DNA of 64,000 nt from the NCBI GenBank assembly GCA_951406725.2, contig OX597820.1, forward strand, positions 120,218,001-120,282,000. Reading direction: 5' to 3'. This DNA comes from Octopus vulgaris. Its lineage: Eukaryota. Position numbers and translations under genes: made by a program. The notes under the pieces were generated by a model. The model made no database searches. It had not been told where the DNA came from and saw only the letters and a list, made by a program, of their open reading frames with translations. Shown piece by piece: positions 38,297-50,420 of this stretch (position 1 is its first letter; each line of letters opens with the position of its first letter).

Positions 38297-38509
38297 ATAC
38301 ACACACACACACACATATATATATCTTTATATATATACATATATATGCATATACATATATATGTATGTATGTGTATATATATGTGTGTGTGTGTGTGTGT
38401 GCGTGCGTGCGTGTGTGTGTGTGCGCGTGCGTGCGTGCGTGCGTGTGTGTGTGCGCGTGCGTGCGTGCGTGTGTGCGCGTGCGTGCGTGCGTGTGTGTGT
38501 GTGCGTGTG

Positions 38510-38561
<52 letters not shown>

Positions 38562-38632
38562 CGTGCGTGTGTGTGTGCGTGCGTGTGTGTGTGTGTGTGT
38601 GCGTGTGTGTGTGTGTGTGTATGTGTGTGTGT
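38297..38632. repeat. Long alternating purine-pyrimidine tract (CA/TA/GT/GTGC)
   Basis: About 250 bp of GT/GC alternation from ~38382. Confidence 0.95.
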
Positions 38633-39380
38633 GGAAACCACTCGATGGTGGTGCAGCTGATATCTAAAGCACAATAGAAACCATTGTCAAATTCAAGTAA
38701 GCATCGGTAACTTCGTCACAAATAACAGAAATATTCTTTGCTGAAAATATAATGAAATATCCATTTGTTTGGTGCTTATAATATGTAATAATATTCAGTA
38801 TTTATTACTAGTTTAAATGAACAAATTCTGTTTCTTTTCAATGTTTATATTGAAGTTAATGCTGATTTCATCATGGACATCATCGCATCATCGTCATCAT
38901 CTTCATGATTTTCACCAAAACCAGCAGAGGACTCGGGAGGAGGGTTCTTCTCATCGTCATCATCATTATCATCATTTAACTAACATCACCAATCCTCTCC
39001 TCCACAGTAACATATTCTATTCTATTCATAGTCCCTATATCTCTATACTTCTTAAGCCAAAGACATTTAGCTACGAAAACAACGCTATATTCGTCATTAT
39101 ATCTGATTCTGGAATTAGGCAGATCGGTGATATAACAAAATATTTGCTAAGTGTGTGGTTAAATCATTAGTTTCAAAATACCGCAGGCTTTTAACCATGA
39201 ATCATTGTCTCTGGTTCATCTACTACACGGCAATTTCTGTTTGAAATGTGAGCCGAATTTCCTCGAATCCCGCACAATCTTTTTTACAAAAATAAAGGTT
39301 CTTTTCCAAAATCCCTATCGATGACGGTAACGTTTGGTTATGTATATTTATAATTAATTTCTCTCAGGGTGGATGTAGGT

Positions 39381-39599
39381 CTCTTTTACTCTTTTACTCT
39401 TTTACTTGTTTCAGTCATTTGACTGCGGCCATGCTGGAGCATCGCCTTTAGTCGAGCAAATCGACCCCGGGACTTATTCTTTGTAAGCCCAGTACTTATT
39501 CTATCGGTCTCTTTTGCCGAACCGCTAAGTTACGGGGACGTAAACACACCAGCATCGGTTGTCAAGCAATGCTAGGGGGACAAACACAGACACACAAAC

Positions 39600-39630
<31 letters not shown>

Positions 39631-39801
39631 CATATATACGACAGGCTTCTTTCAGTTTCCGTCTATCAAATCCACTCACAAGACATTGGTCGGTCCGGGG
39701 CTATAGCAGAAGACACTTGCCCAAGATGCCACGCAGTGGGAGTGAACCCGGAACCATGTGGTTGGTTAGCAAGCTACTTACCACACAGCCACTCCTGCGC
39801 C
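39381..39801 (-). mobile_element. SINE family A, full length
   Basis: Colinear with family A. Confidence 0.93.
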
Positions 39802-40140
39802 TAAGTATGAACAAAAACAAAAACAAAAACATATTAATTATATGTTCTTGAGACTGTTGGGTTTATATATGAACACAAATGGAGAAATGAATGCAGTTTG
39901 TTCTATTTGTGCAACCTTAAGTATCGAAGTATTCGCTCATTTAGAAACGATCCTTCATTCTGTTATGTTATCTCTACTTTCTTTGTCACTCATTTCACTT
40001 GTTTCAAATCCCATAGATGCTATTCACCCTCAGATAGTCACATAACATGTTCAGATAGCCAGACAAGCTGATGGATAAAACTCCGATCTGCTACTCAAAC
40101 TACCGTGTCATTCGAAATCTTCTCAATAGTGCATATAGTA

Positions 40141-40533
40141 GAAAGAAGGAAGCACTCCGTCGGTTACGACGATGAGGGTTCCGGTTGATCTGAATCAACG
40201 GAACAGCCTGCTCGTGAAATTAACGTGTAAGTGGCTGAGCACTCCACAGACACGTGCACCCTTAACGTAGTTCTCGGGGATATTCAGCGCGACACAGAGG
40301 GTGACAAGGCCGGCCCTTTGAAATACAGGTACAACAGAAACAGGAAGTAAGAGTGAGAGAAAGTTGTGGTGAAAGAGTACAGCAGGGATCACCACCATCC
40401 CCTGCCGGAGCCTCGTGGAGCTTTTAGGTGTCTTCGCTCAATAAACACTCACAACGCCCGGTCTGGGAATCGAAACCGCGATCCTTACACCGCGAGTCCG
40501 CTGCCCTAACCACTGGGCCATTGCGCCTCCACC
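40141..40533 (-). mobile_element. SINE family C1, full length
   Basis: 13-bp TSD AGTGCATATAGTA (40128-40140, 40534-40546). Confidence 0.93.
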
Positions 40534-40577
40534 AGTGCATATAGTAAACGTAATAAGGATTGGCATCGATAAATATT

Positions 40578-40778
40578 TGTTTCAAATTTTGGCAAATGGC
40601 CAGCAATTTAGAGGAAGGGTTTAAGTCGATTATATTAATCCAAGAGCTCAACTGGTACTTGTTGTATAGCCTCTTAAAGGATCAACGCCAAAGTGGGTCT
40701 CGGCTGAATTTCAACTCAGAACATCAAGACGTACGAAATGCCGCTAAGCATTTTGCCCAGCGTGCTAATGGTTCTGCA
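40578..40778 (-). mobile_element. Old SINE family B copy
   Basis: TTTCAAATTTTGGC..GTCGATTATAT..AACTCAGAAC..GAAATGCCGCTAAGCATTTTGCCCAGCGTGCTAA. Confidence 0.7.
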
Positions 40779-42752
40779 TTGATAAATATTGGCAAGCAGA
40801 ATCGTTACATTACTGTGCAACTGAAATAGACCACTGACTTCAGAAACCCACCGGAAACCTTTCAATTTCATTCTTTGGGAATCGTTTCCCCAGAACCAGT
40901 AGCATACCTGTCAGCCTATTAATCAAGTCTTCACCTAATATAAATATTTTGCTTTATGCACACACTTTCTAGCATCGAGAAACCAATTTCTATATGGGAA
41001 AAACTAATAAATGGAACACTTGCATAATGTTGAAACAATAACGCTTTAGCTATTATATGTCAAATTCAAAGGATACTTGTCCGAAATACTTACCGATTAA
41101 TGTTGAAGTGTTATAAAAGTGAATATATTATTTGATACGAATAAAGCAATTATGAAAGATTCTGCTTTTGCAAGGTGCGAGAATATCACTATTTAGGATT
41201 CTTCATAGAAAAAAAAATGTCTAAATGGTCGCAATTAGGTGCAAGAATAATCAAATCATTTTGTTTTCGGTCATGGTAGTTATATTTTCTATCGTTTTCA
41301 TCGAGTTATCAATTGGATAACGATCTCCTGCTATGACGGTTGCAAGTAATGTCCCTGAGATGAGGTCAGCCCGTATTTGCCAAGTAGTCCACAAATTTTA
41401 TGAAACTTGTCATAGCAATATTATTTCCTTACCAAAGTCGACTCTCTTGCTTTCACTTCACACAGGATTTCATGGAAATTTTTGAAGGCATGTGCAGAAA
41501 ATTACTGGGAATCTTCCGATGTAAAAGGGAAACAATATATTCTAGCACAATCCAACTTTTTTCACGACTCTAATCAGGTCATAGTCTCACTAATATATTT
41601 CAAAATGTTCTAAGGTAACTCATGAGAAAGATATTTCAATTTTGCTAGGTTCTTTTGGTCATTTCCTAGATATTGCGTACTTTGCCAATAACATGAAAAT
41701 GGATGGTTAGAGTTTGTGCTTGGCACGTCGGTCGATGGAGGAATCAGATCCTCTTCAGACGTTGGAGATCAGCTGCAACAATACTGAATCGCTACTTCGC
41801 ATAAATTTGTGACTTTCTTTCGTTAGCCATGTTGGCGTCTATGTACGAAAAATGACCCTTGATATTGAGATGCTCGCCCACGAATGCGAATTTCTATTGA
41901 TGTACATCGCTGATGTACATTGATGTACATTGCTATGAATATTTTATTTAAAGACTCCAATTTAGTTGACAAATTCAAAGCCTTCGAACCTTTCATGACG
42001 ACAAAGTTGCCGCATGAGGAATCCTTTAAGATGAAATTCACCCCCTGTATGAACACACATGGGGTCAGTACATATTACTAAAAAGTCTCTGTAATGATGT
42101 TAAACTTCCCTTTTACCTCACCACTCTGTCCGATACAGTGACACATCAGTAGCAAAACAATTGTATAAAGTCTGCATAGATGGTGACCAATCTATAAAGC
42201 ACATCGATTTTCCAAAAGATGGACCCGACACATATTGTCAATTATCTTCATCGTGACAATGAAACTGAGCACTATTTCCAATTTTGGTGACAACCAATAT
42301 TTTTCTTCCGTAGTTTGTTATCGTCCCTTAGCGCCCATTCTACTTCTTGACGCCAAACCTCAATGACACCCGGCTTATTCCATGTTTTGAAAATATTCTT
42401 CATCTCTTCTGCAGTGACATCTTCGACTTGAAACACTCCTTCATTTATCTCATCTAGACCGGCTGATTATTTTTGTTGATGACGAATGGCGTTGGTGACT
42501 ATTTGAGTTGTCCTCCTCTCAAACCTGCAACTAATTCAAAGTCTTGTTCCTGTGAAGTTTAAGGAGTTGATATCTCTCAGTCGGTTCAGTCTTAAAAGAA
42601 AATAGAGTTCTCACCGATTTACTCAATATTTGCTCTTACAATCCTCATATTTGATTCAGATGAGACAATTCTTGCCTCAGTCGGTTTGTTCACAATTTTT
42701 AAGTAATAACCTATTCAAAAAGACTCGAAAGTGTCTGACGATGAAAATCTCT

Positions 42753-42810
<58 letters not shown>

Positions 42811-43252
42811 GCCTCTGTCTCTATCAGACTTTTTGCCTGTCTTCCTTGCCTCTCTCATGGATGCCAACAGAGAATTTAGAAGTTGACGAGAGAATCTGAA
42901 ACTGAATGAACCCGTTCAAGTTAATGTTATCTGGAATCAGTCAACATCAATCTCTTGTAAGGCGCGGTCACGTCACATTTTTCACTAATAATGCTACAAG
43001 TCACTACCCATTACTTATCCCATGATAAACGAATGAACTTCCGGTAATAATTACAATTTCGTATGATATCAAAATAAATGATATCAAAATAAATTTCTTC
43101 CTTAACATTTTCATAACATACCTTTGAAGAAAACAGTCAACAGGTGTTCCATTTTGTTCTGTTATCGAGTAGAAGAGCACGTGATTAATCAATTTACTGC
43201 TTTAGTAGAATTCATATTAAAATATTATCATTCAATTTTACAAAATGAATAA

Positions 43253-43715
43253 AGGTGGTGAGCTGACAGAATCGTTCGCATACCGGACAAAATGCTTAGC
43301 GGCATTTCGTCCGTTTATACCAGCGGTTCCCAAAGTGGGCGATATTGCACCCCCACCTCCATCCGGGAGGCGGTGGAAAGAACAGTGGAACAATAATGAG
43401 GTAGCGATTCATGCAATAACAACAAAATAATGGGTTCGTTAGGTTATGTTTTATTTGTGAAACACAGTTGCTTTGAGTTTGCTTCAGAGAGAGTGGGAGA
43501 GGTCTTTGTGTGTGATGTTTAGTCGGGGTGGATGCGCAAGGAATGTGACCCTGGGAACCACTGCTTTATAGTTCTGAGTTGAAATTGCATCGATGTCAAC
43601 TTTGCTTTTCTTCGTGGTCGCAAGAGAAAGTACCGTTTGAACACTGGCACCGATGTTAATCGAATCATCCAATTCCCTGCAATCGCTGACATTCTGCCAG
43701 AATTTGAAACGGTTA
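43253..43715 (+). mobile_element. Old SINE family B split by a hAT MITE
   Basis: Head GGTGGTGAGCTGACAGAATCGTT to 43320; resumes GTTCTGAGTTGAAATT..GTCAACTTTGC after 43571. Confidence 0.7.
43321..43563. mobile_element. hAT (Charlie-like) MITE
   Basis: TIR CAGCGGTTCCCA / TGGGAACCACTG; degenerate 8-bp TSD GTTTATAC / CTTTATAG. Confidence 0.75.
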
Positions 43716-44414
43716 TTATCAACCGTGTGAAATTCTTTGTTAAGGCATCGCAATCGGAAATATCAAAGAGAACTGAAAGACTTCAGAGGTGGTAAGTCAA
43801 ACGAATAACTTGGGGATATATATCATTAAAACTGTTTTAGATAAGATGGATCGTAAGTAAAAAAATATAAAAACACAAAGCATGATATAAGTAAAACAAA
43901 AGTTGTTTTGCTTCTTTTTAGTTTTATGTAATAGCGGAGCGACATTGACCAAATATCTAATCGATAAAATGTATTGAGAAATTGTTACGATTACACTTAG
44001 AAACTCCTTCGAATATTCTTTAAACAATCAGGATTATTCATTTAAGCGGAATCGGCTGTATTATCTCGCATAAATTCCCGATAGGAATGAGAAACAATTC
44101 AAACTGCAAAAGTGTTCTATCTACAGTATATTCTCGTAGTTCTAGAAGCTAATTATGTTTACTGTCACAATATGAAGACGGCACCGTGAATCAGGGGTGA
44201 CAAACATGTCAAACAAACCGATGACGAGAATCTAAACAATATTGATGAAGCCTTAAGATCAGGGAGACAAACGAGTTTCACATAGCAAATCCGCGAAAGC
44301 AAACTACTGACAAGTGATTTAGCGATATTTTGTTTCATTTTCATTAGATATGTTCTACAGATGTCAACATCAATATTCACCAGCAGCATAAATGTTGTTG
44401 TTATTTATATCACA

Positions 44415-44811
44415 CTAGCAGTATCGCCCGGCGTTGCTCGGGTTTGTAAGGGAAATAACTATATAAGCATTTTTAGAGAGTTATAGCCAAAAAATAGCCA
44501 AAAAATGCATTAAAAATGGAAAAAAAATTATGGTAAATGTTTTTTAAAATCGTTGACTCATCGTAGACATTTTTAGAGAGTTACTTCCCTTATATAATAG
44601 CAAAAAAATGCATTAAAATGGGAAAAAATGATGGTAATTTTTTTTTAAACCGTAGACTCATCGTAGACGCGCGCTAATACCCAGAAGGGCTCGATATGAA
44701 TCACGACTATAAGATACCCAGTTTTGGTTAAACTGCACCGCAAAATGTGGGAGTAGTTAGGAATCTAAATCGTAGGAGACAGACACACAACTTGACTTTT
44801 ATATATAAAGA
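44415..44811 (-). mobile_element. Non-autonomous Helitron, copy 4, flanked by a 62-bp direct repeat
   Basis: TC...CTAG ends; 44351-44412 is repeated at 44812-44873. Confidence 0.88.
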
Positions 44812-45350
44812 TGTTCTACAGATGTCAACCTCAATATTCACCAGCAGCTTAAATGTTGTTGTTATTTATATCATATAATATCTTTTAACGATCCGCGTAT
44901 CGCAATTTAGAATATATGGATCATTTGTGACGTTGGTGAATGTCGGTGTTTGAAGGAAAATATGAAGCGTATGACACCAGCTCCACTCTGATATAACAGG
45001 TTTGATATATTCGAATGGAAGGAAAAAAATTGAAATACTATCGTCGCACGATTCGAGAATATTGCTGTCGTATTGCATATCTTATGCAATAATAAATCGC
45101 AAGCATCGAAAGAGTGCAGCCAACAGCGCTGCCGTGAAATTGTATTTGAATATCGTCACATGCAAACAAATCATTTCTCATCTGCTCTAATAATCTTTAT
45201 ATTATATTGAATATTGCTGTATTCTTAACGGTAATGCTATCGACTCCGTTGTGATATATGCCGTAATCAAACTGTGCAGGATTTGAATTCTGAAAGTAGA
45301 AAATCAGAAATAAGGTGTGCAATGCATTTCTCAGCTAATCAAGCATTATA

Positions 45351-46613
45351 CTGAGTTGTCCGGAAAGTTCGTACCTGTTTATAGTAGCTTACCTTTCGAC
45401 TTATTTTAGAACATGGTTGAGTCCATAAAATAGAATTTGACTACACCTCCATTGAGAGCACAGTTTAAGCTATCTTTTTGTGGAAAAAAGTTTATGTTCC
45501 TATAAACTGTGTTAATTCTGTAACCCTTTAAAATGGAAGAGAAGAACGTTCATTTTCGGCACTTGATGCTTTTCTTTTTCCGTAAAGGGAAAAATGCCTC
45601 ACAATAAACCAAAGAAATATGCGCAATTTACAGTGATGTTTCTTTATCCGAAAGAACTGTACGGAAGTAGTTCGCAATATTCCGAGCTGGAGATTGTAGC
45701 CCTATTGATAAGGCAGGCCATCCACTACAGATGATGACCAAATCAAGTAATTAAGAATAACCCACATTGTACGACCCGAGAATTGGCAGAAAGTATCCAC
45801 CTATCAAAATCCGTCGTTCACGAGCACCTAGTAAAGCTTGGGTACACAAATCACTATGGTGTTTGGCTACAACATGAGTTGAGTGAGAAGAAACTTTTGG
45901 ATCGCATTTCCATTTATGATTCGCTTTTTAAACGGAATGAAAACGCGCCTTTTTTAAAGCAAATTTTGACAGTTAATGAGAAATGGATTATCTACCGAAA
46001 TACTCAGAGAAAGCGATCCAGGAATAAGCGATATGAGCTACCCTTAGCCAACCCAAAAGGGGGTCTTCGCTCTAAAAAAGTCTTGCTTTGTGTCTGTGGA
46101 AAGGAATTCTGTACTATGAGCTTCTCCCAAGTAACCAGACAATTAATTCTGAGAAATATTGCACACGACTGGACGAGTTAAAAGCAGCAATTCAAGAGAA
46201 ACGTCCAGAATTGGCCAACAGGTAGGGTGTTGTTTTCCAACATGATAATGCAAGATCGCACGTTTCTATGGGAACCAGACAATAAATGCTGCAGCTCGGC
46301 TGGGATGTGTTACCCCACCCTCTATATTCACCAGATATTGTTCCTTCGAATTTCCACTTATTCAGGTCTCTGCAGAATAGTCTTAATGGCAAAAATTTCA
46401 AATCCTTGGATGACATGAAAATATACCTAGATGAATTCTTTGCCATGAAATCACCTCAATTCTGGGAAGAGGGTATTTTCATGTTAAAGGAAAGATGGAG
46501 ATGCATTGTGCAACAAAATGGTTTATATTTGGTTGATTAAAAATATAATGGCAAGTATCTGTTGACCTTTGTCTTTCCTTTAAAAATTGACACGAACTTC
46601 CCGGACAACCCAA
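45351..46613 (+). mobile_element. Full-length decayed mariner transposon (mellifera-subfamily-like), 1263 bp
   Basis: TA|CTGAGTTGTCCGGAAAGTTCGT ... ACGAACTTCCCGGACAACCCAA|TA. Confidence 0.93.
45533..46540 (+). pseudogene. Mariner transposase pseudogene
   Basis: MEEKNVHFRHLMLFFFRKGKNASQ*...GVWLQHELSE...FLKQILTVNEKWIIY...HDNAR...HPLYSPDIVPSNFHLFRSLQN...; multiple stops and frameshifts; first and third catalytic Asp read as Asn. Confidence 0.92.
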
Positions 46614-46781
46614 TATCTTGCAATAAACTAAATCACCAGAAAGTAGATGCAGAAAACAGTTCGTTATTTACATTTAGTTCTATTAAATGTATTTTTAGAT
46701 GCTCCCATTTGTTCGTAGCTTTGGAATTATATGTACAAGTCTCTCGCTCTCACTCTCATATCTCTCTCCTCACTCTCTCTC

Positions 46782-46855
<74 letters not shown>

Positions 46856-46907
46856 CTACATGTGTATTTATATATGGCCATTTTCATAGCATTGTTTGAT
46901 TGCCTTG

Positions 46908-46965
46908 ATAACTGACGAGATGCCGGAGCAGGTTTCTACCCGACGTCAGACACTCGGAGTTTTAT
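46908..46965 (+). ncRNA. Minimal type I hammerhead motif (family of 22714), core CTGACGA, GAAA mutated to GACA
   Basis: ATAA-CTGACGA-GATG..CGTC-A-GACA-CTCGGAG-TT-TTAT. Confidence 0.55.
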
Positions 46966-47002
46966 TATGGCAACTGAATAATTATCACATATTACGCTAC
47001 AG

Positions 47003-47033
<31 letters not shown>

Positions 47034-47495
47034 TTATTATATTTCGGCGTATGTCAGTGTGTGCGTGCGTCTGTGTTTCATTCTTCCGTAGACAATAAAA
47101 TATATGTCCTTGAGGAACCAGGATTTAGAAGGATAGATACTTTAAACCGTAAGGCATATGGTATATGTTGAAAGCCATCGTATCATTTTACCTTTCATAT
47201 TGAATCAATATTGAATCCGAATTTTAGCACAACGCCTGGAATTTGATGGCCGGTGGTTAAATCGTTTGCATCAACTGTAGTGTTCGACTGGTATCTATTT
47301 TATTCATCGCGACAGGATGGAAAGCAAAATCCACCACGACAGAATTATCAGTCACAACGTGAAGACGAACGAAAATGCAACTAACCAATTTTCCCCGCGT
47401 ACGTACAATTCTCTCAGCTCGGTACTGTTTATTGAGTCAATATTAAACATCGTTTTCTGCAATCTGCAGCATATAAATTCATTAATATATATATG

Positions 47496-47567
<72 letters not shown>

Positions 47568-48432
47568 ATGTATAACAAATTATGCTCTGCTATCACATTT
47601 TGATTCAATACTTAAGCCGGTGCAACTATTTACATTTCCACTTGGTTTATCCACAACGTTTTTGTCATTTGATAATATTGGATCAATAATTCCTACGTTG
47701 TTGTCATTAATGGAATACAATGGAAAGCACGCGTGGTTTCTTTCATATTATCTGGCATTATGTTTCAAATGAAACTATTGTACTCCCACTTTGCATTTTT
47801 GTAACACAGACCCATATTAACGAGAACCACATAATTGGTTATGGAGTAGAATTTCAAAATGATTTTTGTCTATACTTTATCAGGGCCGGTAAATAACCGC
47901 TAAATTATTGGGACATTTAATTTCTTCCAGATTCTGAGATATAAGTTAAAAAAACATGGATACCTCTTCGAGTATAATAAATAGAGTATCATAAATAGCG
48001 GAGTGAAGGTATTCACCAAGGCAACATTGAGTTGTTATAATGTTCATTAAATCTGGTGCTATTACTTGCAGTCGAACAGGTTCTACGTAAAGTTATGCTT
48101 TCATTGGAGTTCGCACTACACACACGACTCACTTTCTTGTCAAATTATGTTTAAACAAATATTTTTAAAATAAATTTATTTTGGTGTGAAATTTTCTTGC
48201 ATCAATGATATTTGAAGAGCGATTAACACATCCATTATCTTCAAAGCGACATGACTGTCGTATTCTAATTTAATTAGTGGACATAGTTAACATCTACTTT
48301 ATATCTACTCATTGTCACTTGATTAGTTGTAACAAACTACACTGCTTCCACAGGTTGAAAGTTATGTCATGATTGCTATACAGAACGGTGAATATTTAGA
48401 AAATATCTTGTGTTCTGCTGAACCTAACCATA

Positions 48433-48666
48433 TATCTATTTCTTTATTACCCACAAGGGGCTAAACACAGAGGGGACAAACAAGGACAGACATAGGTATT
48501 AAGTTGATTACATCGACCCCAGTGCGTAACTGGTACTTAATTTATCGACCCCGAAAGGATGAAAGACAAAGTCGACCTCGTCGTAATTTGAACTCACAAC
48601 GTAACGCAGACGAAATACCGCTAAGCATTTCGTCCGGCGTGCTAACGTTTCTGCCAGCTCGCCGCC
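48433..48666 (-). mobile_element. SINE family B, full length
   Basis: Colinear with 3838-4068. Confidence 0.92.
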
Positions 48667-48752
48667 TTATATCATTCCATATATCATTCCAGTCTATTAA
48701 TACCATGGGTTACGCTATAACAATTATGCCACTGGTATAGATGACAGTTGTC

Positions 48753-49157
48753 GGATCTTTTCGTTTTGAACAGCAGTTTTCTCTAGCGGTGTCATATGAA
48801 ATTGTCACCCATAATTATGACCCTAGTATCAATCTATTGCACTTCAATCTGTTTTAGTGTTAGGGTTAGGGTTAGGGTTAGGGTTACACAAATGTAAATA
48901 AACCCAATCTCTTTTTAAAAGAGGAACATATTCACACGGCACAGAATGTTGTTTACCTCAATAGACGTCAGTGAATGGTTGAAATTACAGAAACTGAAGA
49001 AAAAAAAAACAACAAATATCTTACAAACTATAGAATTTTCTCAATAAATTCAAGAGAATAAGATGTTTTATAAACACATTCTACCAAGTATACGAAGTTT
49101 AAAAGTTTTAGTTACCTAGAAATTATGTTAAAAACTGCCGTTGAAACCGAAAAATCC
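48753..49157. mobile_element. Merlin-like MITE, copy 2, with (TTAGGG)4
   Basis: Colinear with 17956-18371; TSD CAGTTGTC (48745-48752) / CAGTTTTC (49158-49165). Confidence 0.85.
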
Positions 49158-49854
49158 CAGTTTTCTAATTAATGCAGGACTTGATACAGATGAGACTTGA
49201 AGAGGTCCTATGTTACATATTTTCATGCACATAGATTCCTCTCCCGGTTGTTGTGCATTGAATAGTATATCATATCATCATATTTGACATTGATCTACAA
49301 GTGAAGAACTAGGAGAAGGTGACGAACGAATATAACCCCAAAAATGAACCGAGCGAAAGATGTCCATAGAAGGCCAGAGAGGAGACAAGAACGATCACAC
49401 AACCCCCTTCATATATCAACACCTCAGATTCCTGCCTCGTTTGAGTTTGCCATTCACTGAACTAGATTGTCTACTCTTGCATTTTCTCTGGAACGGACGT
49501 GTTCAACCAATCGAGAATGCTAGTTGATCATGTTTGTGTATCGGTTCGGTTGTTTTAGCAAAACACTTTGTGTGGTGGACCAGCCTGAAAGAGGACATTA
49601 TTTTTGGGGCCAAGTCCCGTCAACATTTTCATACTTTGCTTGAAAAAGAAAATGAGTGTGGATGACAAAGGTGATCGTTGTCAGAGTGGACGTTTCTTCT
49701 CTTGTTTTACAGGAGAAGGAGAGGACATTTGCGCTAGCTGTCTGCGCAATTATCTTCATTTCGGGGTTTCATGCGCCGCTTTTCGATTCTAAATTTCCTT
49801 TTGGGTAGTCATTTATCTCATTTATTTTTGTTTTTCTTAATTGTTTATATACCT

Positions 49855-50059
49855 ATTTTTTATTACCCACAAGGGGCTAAACATAGAGGGGACAAACAAG
49901 GACAGACATAGGTATTAAGTCGATTACATCGACCCCAGTGCGCAACTGGTACTTAATTTATCGACCCCGAAAGGATGAAAGGCAAAGTCGACCTCGGCGG
50001 AATTTGAACTCACAACGTAACGGCAGACGAAATACCGCTAAGCATTTCGCCCGACGTGC
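49855..50059 (-). mobile_element. SINE family B, slightly 5'-truncated
   Basis: 17-bp TSD TAATTGTTTATATACCT at 49838-49854 and 50060-50076. Confidence 0.93.
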
Positions 50060-50214
50060 TAATTGTTTATATACCTTCATTGTATTACACTGAACCTAAG
50101 TGTACTTTCGTGGTCTCTTTTGTAAAAACTTCGTTGTTAAAGAAATCTTTATTGTTTCTTGTAGTAGTTTTAGCATTATTACTATTACTACGACTAATAT
50201 TACAATTATTAGAT

Positions 50215-50420
50215 CGGCAGCAAGCTGGTACAATCGTGATCTCGCCAGGCAAAATGCTTAAGAGTATTTCGTCCGTCTTTACATTCTGAGTTCATACGCC
50301 ACCAGAATCGACTTTCATCCTTTCGGGGTCGATAAAATACCAACAAAGAGGCAGTGGGTGTCGATGTTATCGACTTGTCCCTCCACACATATTACTGGCC
50401 GCGTGTCAAAATTTGAAACT
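50215..50420 (+). mobile_element. Old SINE family B copy
   Basis: GGCAGCAAGCTGG..AAAATGCTTA..TTCTGAGTTCA..TTTCATCCTTTCGGGGTCGATAAA..TCAAAATTTGAAAC. Confidence 0.75.

Noticed and set aside
41200-42560. Possible hAT transposase (SKGN..ERYF) and LINE or mariner remnants
   Set aside because: Matches are too short and conflicting to call without a profile search.
49211-50130. Possible solo LTR starting TGTTAC
   Set aside because: No clear CA end, TSD or second copy in the window.
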